NCBI GenBank assembly: GCA_010093995.1 | Contig: ML992505.1 | Coordinates: forward strand, 1,319,147-1,383,146 | Length of the DNA: 64,000 nt | Direction: 5' to 3' | Source: Elsinoe ampelina | Taxonomy: Eukaryota | Shown: positions 56,401 to 64,000 of the stretch, in pieces | How positions within the stretch are numbered: the stretch's first letter is position 1 | Layout: the number at the start of each line of letters is the position of its first letter | The notes under the pieces: generated by a model | Databases searched by the model: none | What the model saw: the letters and a program-made list of their open reading frames with translations, nothing else | What the model was told of the DNA's origin: nothing | Made by a program: the position numbers and the translations under genes

Positions 56401-59400
56401 ATGTCTGAAACTGCTGACCACCTCTCGGAGGCAGCAGCCCATGACAGACACCCTGTCCCTACCCAGCCAAACGTGACAAATGCATCTGTACCACCTACCA
56501 GTACCACGGGTTGCTGTGGCAAGACAAACACCAATCATTACAGTCAGGAACCCGATATTCTGACACGTCTGACTGCTGGCGACGATTGCGAACAAACCTG
56601 CTGCGAGAAAGAGGATGGACCTCACTGCAACGATGTTTGTGTCAAAGCATACGCCACCCTCGAATGTCACACAACCTCTCATGCCGACCCTGAGCATGAG
56701 CAGCCAACCGATGGCCACTGTACCAGCCACTTGCAGTCTGCGATGAAGCGCTATGAGCAGCTTCTCATGGACGCACACTGCTTGTGCAAGTCAGTGCTGT
56801 CCTACTCGATGATCCACTGCTGTGGATCCGATGCTGGGTATATGCTACTACCTCCTGTGCCCCCCAGTCGTGGTAGTAGTAGCGAGACTAGTAGTTTCAG
56901 GTCTAGCCTCTATCGGCGCGCTGCACGCAAAGCTCGACCGCTCAATAAGAAGCAGAGCATCAACGCTGCTTCTTCCCCCGACGAGATCGCTTCTGCATGC
57001 TGCGAGAAGACCACTTGCGACGGTAACAGCCACGAAGCATCACTGGATGAGAAAGGTGGAGGTAGACAAGAAGACGGCGGTGAGGAGATGTTCAAGTGGC
57101 GTCATGGCCGACACGGAGGAAAAGGCTGTTGTGACAAGCATGGCCATGTCGAGAGTCACGATATCGAGGCAGGTGCTTGTGAGGATTCCTGTTGCGACAC
57201 TACCCTCAGGCTTGGAAAGGTTGGCAAGAAGCTGGACGGCAAACACTGCTGCGGTGATGATGCAGACACAACCCCCTTGACTAAATCGGAGCAGGAGACT
57301 GCTGGTCATGATGACCCGCCTCTTGTCAAGCATGATGGGTTGGCGAATGTCACGCCTTTCCTCCGGTCCCGAGACACTTCTCGCGCTGATGACAAGGACA
57401 CCATTCGCATCGAGACATGCAAGTCCGAGTGCTGCTCAGATGGACCAGCCGACGCCTGCAACAACCGCATCGCCGGTCCTGTCCAACAAATTCGTAGGTT
57501 CTCCGTCAATGAAGCAAGGCCGACGGACGACGCGGAGCAAGTGGGACACCTGGAACATGTCCTACTCAACGTCCAAGGCATGACTTGCACTGGGTGCGAG
57601 AACAAGCTCATCAGAGCTCTTGAGTCCACTCCTGGCGTCTCCAATATCAAGACATCCTTCCTGAATTCTCGCGCCGACTTTGACCTCGACGAAGCTGTCA
57701 CAAAGTCGGAGGATCTTGTCAGGCGAGTCCATACCATGACTGGCTTCCAAGTTGCTCGACTGCAGAGCACACATCAATCGATCGATGTGGTCATGGAAAA
57801 GAGCAAGGCTAGAGAGCTGATGCTGATGGGCATACCTGGGCTCATGGATGTTACCATTGTCGATAAGAAGACTGTCAGTCTCACCTATAATCCTGAGGTG
57901 ATCAGTGCTCGCCGTCTCCTCGATATGGCATGTGGTGGGCCTGATAGCCTTGCTCCACCGCAGCCGAGCACAGCACTTCTCGATTCGAAGAAGCTGTTGA
58001 GGACTATGGCCTGGAAGACACTAGTCTCGACCGTCCTAACCATTCCAGTTGTGGTGCTCGCATGGGCGCCGACTGGAGTTGCTGAGAAGATCACATCCAT
58101 TATCTCCTTGATCCTGGCCACATTTGTCCAGGGCATTGCCGTCACAGAGTTCTACAAGAACGCTTTCCGTGCCTTCTGGCATGACCGCTCTGTTGAGCTT
58201 GACACGCTGGTAGTCATCAGCATCACCGCTGCTTACATCTACTCGGTCGTGGCCTTCGGATTCTTAATGGTAGACCGACCACTGGACACAAAGGAGTTCT
58301 TCGAGACAAGCACGCTCTTGATCAGCTTGGTCCTTCTCGGCAGATTGATCGCAACTTATGCACGTACCCGTGCCGTCAAGGCTGTGTCTATGCGGTCACT
58401 CCAGGCAACTACAGCGATGCTTATTGTGGACAAGGAGGACCACCACGAAATCGATGCCAGGCTTCTCGAGTATGGAGACCATTTTCTAGTGCAGCCGCAC
58501 TCTCGCATTCCAACTGACGGCCAGGTCGTCGACGGTCAAAGCGAGGTGGATGAATCAATGCTCACTGGCGAAAGTATGCCTGTGCCGAAGTCTGCCGGGG
58601 ACGACCTCATCGCTGGCACTATCAACGGCGATGGCACCTTGAAAGCACGACCGACTCGTCTGCCGGGGAAGAACACCGTCACCGAAATCGCTGAGCTCGT
58701 CGAACAAGCCAATAGTGCTAAGCCCAAGATCCAGGATCTAGCCGATCGGGTTGCATCTTGGTTCATCCCCGTAGTTGTCGTCCTTGCCACAGTCACCTTT
58801 GCAGTCCAGATCGCAGTCAGCATCAGACTTCGAGGTCAATCTTCAGGAGCTGCCGCTGGGACTGCAATCTCTTACGCCATTGCTGTGCTCGCCGTCTCCT
58901 GTCCCTGCGCTCTTGGTCTGGCTGTTCCGATGGTCCTGGTGGTTACAGGCGGCGTGGCCGCTCGATCAGGCGTCATCATCAAGTCGAGTGAGGCCACTGA
59001 GAGATCATGGCAGATCACGGATGTTGTGTTCGACAAGACTGGGACTCTGACCATGCCTGATCTTGAGGTGACTGACGAGCATATCCTCTGTTCTGACTCC
59101 GATCATGCTAGGGCGCTGGCTTTGACACTTACGAAAGGAAATAAGCATCCTGTGTCTGTCAGCATAGCTCGCCACCTGTCAGGAACCGTCAAGTCCGAGA
59201 TCATCGCACAGGGTATCAAGGTCGTCCCTGGTTGCGGCGTCGAAGCCAAGGTTGATGGCGTCGTTGTGAAAGCAGGAAACCCTTCCTGGCTGTCTTTCAC
59301 TAACCGCGACATCGTCCGCGCCCTGGCCGCCTCAGGCAAGACCGTTCTGTGCATCACCCAGGCTGGTAATTTGATCGCAGTATATGGTCTCAAGACCACC

Positions 59401-60069
59401 ATGCGGCCAGAAGCAGCCGATGTAGTCGAAGTGTTGCAGCGACGCAACATCGACGTCCACCTCATTTCGGGCGACAGCTCCCTCGCTGTCCAAACGTGTG
59501 CAGAGACGCTGGGAATCCCACTTGCAAACGTCCGCTCTCGCTGTACTCCAGCCGAGAAGCAGACCTACGTGCTCGGTCTCTCAGCTATTGCCTGCGGCAC
59601 CTCATGCGACGACCTCACCCCTGACGACCACGACGACCACGATCACGACGCCCAGCATCAACACACCTCCAACGGTCACCCCGGCTATGACCGACAAGGT
59701 CAAGTGAAGCGACGCAAAGTCCTCTTCGTGGGCGACGGCACAAACGACGCCATCGCCCTCTCCTCGTCCTTCGTCGGCGTCCAAATCGGTACAGCGAGCG
59801 ACGTCGTCTCCTCAACGGCAAGCGTGAGTCTCCTCGGCTCGTTGAACGGCATCATCTACCTCCTTGATCTCAGCAAGGCTGCTTACCGCCGCGTTGTGTT
59901 CAATTTTGTGTGGGCGGCGGTGTATAATGTCTTTGCGATCTTGTTGGCGGCAGGGGCGTTTGTGAGGGTTAGGATTGAGCCGAGGTGGGCTGGGTTGGGG
60001 GAGATTGTTAGTGTGGTGCCGGTGGTGGTGGTTGCGGTGACGATGAGGAGGTGGGGGAGGGAGGTGTAG
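56401..60069 (+). CDS. Heavy-metal P1B-type ATPase, Pca1-like (Cd/Cu)
   Basis: Cys-Cys-rich N-terminus; HMA GMTCTGC; LTGES; CPC; DKTGTLT; HP; GDGTND; YN and LGEIVSVVPV in the last TMs. Confidence 0.93.
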   Translation: MSETADHLSEAAAHDRHPVPTQPNVTNASVPPTSTTGCCGKTNTNHYSQEPDILTRLTAGDDCEQTCCEKEDGPHCNDVCVKAYATLECHTTSHADPEHEQPTDGHCTSHLQSAMKRYEQLLMDAHCLCKSVLSYSMIHCCGSDAGYMLLPPVPPSRGSSSETSSFRSSLYRRAARKARPLNKKQSINAASSPDEIASACCEKTTCDGNSHEASLDEKGGGRQEDGGEEMFKWRHGRHGGKGCCDKHGHVESHDIEAGACEDSCCDTTLRLGKVGKKLDGKHCCGDDADTTPLTKSEQETAGHDDPPLVKHDGLANVTPFLRSRDTSRADDKDTIRIETCKSECCSDGPADACNNRIAGPVQQIRRFSVNEARPTDDAEQVGHLEHVLLNVQGMTCTGCENKLIRALESTPGVSNIKTSFLNSRADFDLDEAVTKSEDLVRRVHTMTGFQVARLQSTHQSIDVVMEKSKARELMLMGIPGLMDVTIVDKKTVSLTYNPEVISARRLLDMACGGPDSLAPPQPSTALLDSKKLLRTMAWKTLVSTVLTIPVVVLAWAPTGVAEKITSIISLILATFVQGIAVTEFYKNAFRAFWHDRSVELDTLVVISITAAYIYSVVAFGFLMVDRPLDTKEFFETSTLLISLVLLGRLIATYARTRAVKAVSMRSLQATTAMLIVDKEDHHEIDARLLEYGDHFLVQPHSRIPTDGQVVDGQSEVDESMLTGESMPVPKSAGDDLIAGTINGDGTLKARPTRLPGKNTVTEIAELVEQANSAKPKIQDLADRVASWFIPVVVVLATVTFAVQIAVSIRLRGQSSGAAAGTAISYAIAVLAVSCPCALGLAVPMVLVVTGGVAARSGVIIKSSEATERSWQITDVVFDKTGTLTMPDLEVTDEHILCSDSDHARALALTLTKGNKHPVSVSIARHLSGTVKSEIIAQGIKVVPGCGVEAKVDGVVVKAGNPSWLSFTNRDIVRALAASGKTVLCITQAGNLIAVYGLKTTMRPEAADVVEVLQRRNIDVHLISGDSSLAVQTCAETLGIPLANVRSRCTPAEKQTYVLGLSAIACGTSCDDLTPDDHDDHDHDAQHQHTSNGHPGYDRQGQVKRRKVLFVGDGTNDAIALSSSFVGVQIGTASDVVSSTASVSLLGSLNGIIYLLDLSKAAYRRVVFNFVWAAVYNVFAILLAAGAFVRVRIEPRWAGLGEIVSVVPVVVVAVTMRRWGREV

Positions 60070-60307
60070 GGGTGGGTGACTTGGGGAACGGGGAGAAGGG
60101 GAGGCGAGGAAGGGGAGAGATTGGACTGTCGCTCGTTCAAGTTCGTCCATGGAGGACGGTCGTCTCGGTTGACATGAGTGTCTCTCTCATGAAGTCGACA
60201 TTTCTCGAGGCATCATGTCATCTGTTTCAATTCTTACAATAGTCTTTATGCATTCAATACAATGAACTCGCTGCCCCGACTACAGGAGCAATTTGGCCTC
60301 TGACGAC

Positions 60308-60430
60308 CACGTGACCTTTTCTTCATTGACGGAAAAGCTCTGGACCTTCACCCAACAATTTTTTATCGACAAGGTCGCTCTCTACCGGCCCCTGTAAGAA
60401 TATTCCCAAGACCAGCAGATCGCCCACGTG
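60308..60430. promoter_or_regulatory. Two CACGTG E-boxes (candidate Pho4/NUC-1/PalcA sites) upstream of PhoD
   Basis: CACGTG at 60308-60313 and 60425-60430, about 650-775 bp upstream of ATG 61082. Confidence 0.45.
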
Positions 60431-61081
60431 TATCCAGCAGGACCTGCGCATGCACGCCATCAGTCTGACCCGCATATTGGCGAGCCACGCACCACAGGGT
60501 CCGGCAGACCTGCAGACCTATTCCCATGATTACAATCAATATGTAAGGAAACAAAGCATCTGACATACGACTCACAATATCTACATGCCGTATCACTGTC
60601 GATCCTTGCTATTCCCGCCGCTCGTCGCCCAGGCTCCTCCCATCTCCCAGACCCCACTGATCTCCCTTCCGCCTTCTCGAAACAGCACACTCCTCCAAAT
60701 CGAGCTATAACACCGCCTTTTAAGCAGCTTTCTCTCCCAGGACCAACATCTTCCCTTTCCTTGTCAGCTCTCGCCCGAGGCTTGTCACACCTTAGCACTC
60801 CTGGCGAGCGGGCCAATGACACGAGTCCAATACAAGGCGTGGTACTTATACTTCGCTCGCCTGGATCTTTTAATCTATGAAGTTTCGGTCCTGTGGCGTG
60901 TATGGAAGAGTGCCTGCCCTTTTGGAGAGAGCAGCATGCGAGGCGCGCAGGTGATTATCGGTCGTGATCTCGCGGGCGGTGATAGGTGGTGGCGAGGAGA
61001 GGTAGGTACTAGGTGTGAATTTCAGGAGCTGATAAGCTGCTTGTCCCGCGAGGTGAGCATCTATACCAATCCCGTTGCAAC

Positions 61082-63168
61082 ATGAAAGGGCAGGCCCTTT
61101 TTCTGCTCCTGGCTGCTACAGCGCAAGCCAGCGAGCTGTACGAACGCAACGTCAACTTCCTCAGCGCATCAACCCGCCACTCTTTTCTTGGACTGGACAG
61201 ACACAGACTTTTCAAACGGCAGGATGCCAGCCCTCCGAGCAACACCTCTGGCCTCAATTTCACCCACGGTGTTGCCTCGGGCGACCCAGCCTCCGACTCC
61301 GTCATCCTCTGGACCAGACTCGCGCCACAGCTCGACAACGACAGATCTAACGTGACAGTTCAAGGACTAGTGGAGCTCTTCGACCACAACAATGAGAAGT
61401 TCGTCGAAGCCTCCGAGGCGCCGATCTGCGCAGACTACAGAGTCGCCAACGACGAGGATTTCTCGTCTTTGGTGGATTCTGGGAGGGTGTATACTACCTC
61501 GGAGATTGACTACACTATCAAGGTTGAGGCGAGGGGCTTAAGTCCATTCACGAGGTATTACTACCAATTTGCGGCTTGTGATGGGCAGGCGAGAAGTCCT
61601 GTTGGGAGGACCAAGACGTTACCGGCCGAGGATGAGGATGTGGAGAGTGTGAGGCTGGCGGTGTATTCTTGTGCGAACTGGCGTGAGTGTCAGGACCAGG
61701 TAGATGGGGGAACATACTGACGAGAGGATCAGCGTATGGATTCTTCAATGCGTATGGTAATGTGGCCCGCAAGGTACGTGAAGCACGAGTCGCCTGCCAG
61801 ATATTCTGACTACTGATCAGGACTCTGTCGATTACGTCTTGCATCTGGGGGACTACATTTACGAGTATGGTCCCGGAGCACCTCGCAATGGATGGGATAT
61901 CGGCCGTGTCCATGTCCCAGATCGAGACCTGATCACGCTGTACGACTACCGTCGTCGCATCTCACAGTATCGAGAGGACTTTGACTTGCTTGCCAGCCAC
62001 CAAAACTTTCCTTGGATCCCTGTCTGGGATGATCATGGTGGGTGATACGTGGCGGATCCAGTAGGATGACTTACCTGAGATTCCTCATAGAAGTGGCAAA
62101 CGATGCCTATCGAGATGGATCCGGCCGGCAAGCAAATACCTTTGAAGGCTACGTTGGTGCTGGCAACGTCGCCTTCGACCAGCGCAAGATGCACGCCGTT
62201 CGAGCTTACTTCGAGTACATGCCCATCCGACAAGTCGACCTCGACGACAACCTCCGCATCTGGCGGTCCTTCTCCCTTGGCAAGCTCGCTGACCTCATCA
62301 TGCTCGACACACGAGAATACGACCGCAGCATCACCAACCTGTACGGACCCCTCCTCCCGCCCATGATGAGCCCTACTAACATACTAGGGACACCAACGCC
62401 GAGTACATCACCTCCATCTCCAACGACGCCGGGCGCTCCCTCCTCGGCCCCCGCCAAGAAAAATGGTTCTACCGCACCCTCCAGTCCTCCTCCGCCCGCG
62501 GCGCCACCTGGCGCATCATCGGCTCCCAAGTCATCTTCAGCCACATCGACCGGGCGGCCCTCGCGACTCTCCGCAACGAAGAGCCCTTCAACCGGGACAG
62601 CTGGGATGGGTATCAGGGCAACCGCAACCGCACTTTCCAAACCCTGTACGACAACAACATCTCCGACAACCTCTTCCTCGCGGGGGACAGCCACGCGAAC
62701 TGGGTCAGCGACCTCGTGTGGGAGGGCGCGAAGACTTACGATCACGTGACGGGCGAAGGGGCCATTGGCGCCGAGTTCGCGGTCACGGCGGTGTCGAGCG
62801 TGAGTAGAGCCGGGCAGAACGTGAGTGTGGCTGAAGCGAGGAGGGTGAGTGACAGTGTCGTGGGGAATAATTCCGAGGTACAGTGGAATGAATTCTGGTA
62901 TAGGGGGTATATGGAGTTGAGGTTGGGGAGGGAGGAGGCGGAGGCGAAGTATTTTGGGATTCCGGATGTGAAGAGGAGGAGTGGGTTGGAGGTTAGTTTG
63001 GCGAACTTTACCGTCAGGAAGGGGGAGGGGAGGTTGAGTAGGCCTGTTGGAGGGGGCGTGGTTGAGGCTGGAACGTTGAAGGGGGGAGAGACGAGGACGA
63101 GGAATAGGACGGTGGATACAGGGTCAGGCGGAATTGGGAATGGGACGGCGGTGAGGTTTAGAGGATGA
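61082..63168 (+). CDS. Secreted PhoD-family alkaline phosphatase (multi-exon)
   Basis: Signal peptide; FTHGVASGDP..VILWTR; HLGDYIYE; PWIPVWDDH(E); IMLDTR; DSWDGY..NR; LAGDSHANW. Confidence 0.93.
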
Positions 63169-63516
63169 TAGATGATCGACTCGTATTTGTGCAAGACGAT
63201 TCATTTGAAGCGTAAAGTATACCATGAGCTGTAGCCCGGTCCTGGTGTTGGTGAAGCAGAGCCGCACTTTTTTGTTCCGAAAGGAGCAACAAATGACCGG
63301 AGCTGCAAAAGTCTCCGGATGGAACAACTCAAAGCTTCAATGTCGCCGCAACAGAAACCCTATTTGCCATCTTTCATCAAACCAACATCAATGATCTCAC
63401 CACAAAGGTTTGTGCCTGTGCGTGTATAAGTATCGCGTCCTGCCCGTCTCATCACGTTCCCAAGAGGCACCAATCCTATCATCACTCACTATCAGCATCA
63501 CTTCCTATCCGCCAGC

Positions 63517-64000
63517 ATGGAATATCCATCATCAATCGTCAAGACCTTCCAAGTTCCACGAGGATACAAGTATGCATTCGTGCACATCGCTTCGAAAGAC
63601 TCCAAGCCAACCCTGCTGTTCCTACCGGGCTTCCCCGAGGCAGCTTTTGACTGGCACCACCAAGTCGATTACTTCAAAGCCAGAGGGTATGGTCTGATAG
63701 TCCCAGATCTGCTTGGCTATGGCAATACAGACAAGCCAAAAGACTATCGCGAGTATCGCATGAAGAGCATCGCTGGAGATGTCGTCTCCATCCTAGACCA
63801 TTTGCAGCTTCGGGAGGTGGTCGGTATCGGTCATGATTGGTCAGTATCAGTGCAAAATAAACAACCAATACATCCTGACTTGTGTATCAAGGGGTGCTGG
63901 AGTTTTGGCGGCACTGTCTGCCTATTTCCCGGACCGTTTCCTCGCCTATGCATTCACCGCTGTAGGTTACAACCCACCTGGACGCATGCAACCAGACATG
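63517..64000 (+). CDS. Alpha/beta-hydrolase, epoxide hydrolase-like (5' part, runs off window)
   Basis: KPTLLFLPGFPE..WHHQV..GYGLIVPDLLGYGNTDKP..VVGIGHDW|GAG; intron about 63840-63891. Confidence 0.85.
   Translation, partial: MEYPSSIVKTFQVPRGYKYAFVHIASKDSKPTLLFLPGFPEAAFDWHHQVDYFKARGYGLIVPDLLGYGNTDKPKDYREYRMKSIAGDVVSILDHLQLREVVGIGHDWSVSVQNKQPIHPDLCIKGCWSFGGTVCLFPGPFPRLCIHRCRLQPTWTHATRH

Noticed and set aside
55656..64000. Secondary-metabolite or metal-resistance gene cluster (ABM, P1B ATPase, PhoD, hydrolase)
   Set aside because: No backbone enzyme, cluster regulator or mobile-element boundary is visible, and the functions are not coherently linked.

Overview
Eukaryotic, intron-containing DNA from a filamentous ascomycete. 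The GT-AG introns of about 45-110 nt with CTRAC branch sites and the gene set suggest Pezizomycotina, possibly a Dothideomycete (inference). About 25 genes can be read: a C2H2 TF, GCNA/SprT protease, ccg-6-like GPI wall protein, Grainyhead/CP2 TF, a 4-exon RPL29 missed by the ORF track, aconitase, BUD20, a fungal TF-domain protein, CRAL-TRIO, COG3, FMP25, a PTH11-like membrane protein, an M20 amidohydrolase, Gemin2/Brr1, PMT1, PRP21, EPT1/CPT1, NIPSNAP, an ABM-barrel protein, a Pca1-like P1B ATPase, PhoD and a partial epoxide hydrolase. The stand-out is an accessory island at about 24.45-27.65 kb. It holds a decayed nuclear GIY-YIG endonuclease + C2H2(jaz/matrin) zinc-finger gene in two halves. 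The halves overlap at the codons for the presumed catalytic Glu and are separated by about 1.4 kb carrying two 18-bp CTGGTAGTAT minisatellite arrays and an orphan ORF. The same CTGGTAGT motif clusters at the island edges and again 4 kb away between ACO1 and RPL29. This looks like a non-canonical mobile or selfish element with no visible transposase or RT. A second window-wide signal is about 10 recurring C-rich to G-rich strand-skew switches that ignore gene orientation and reshape codon usage and protein sequence. All calls are by eye; no searches were run.
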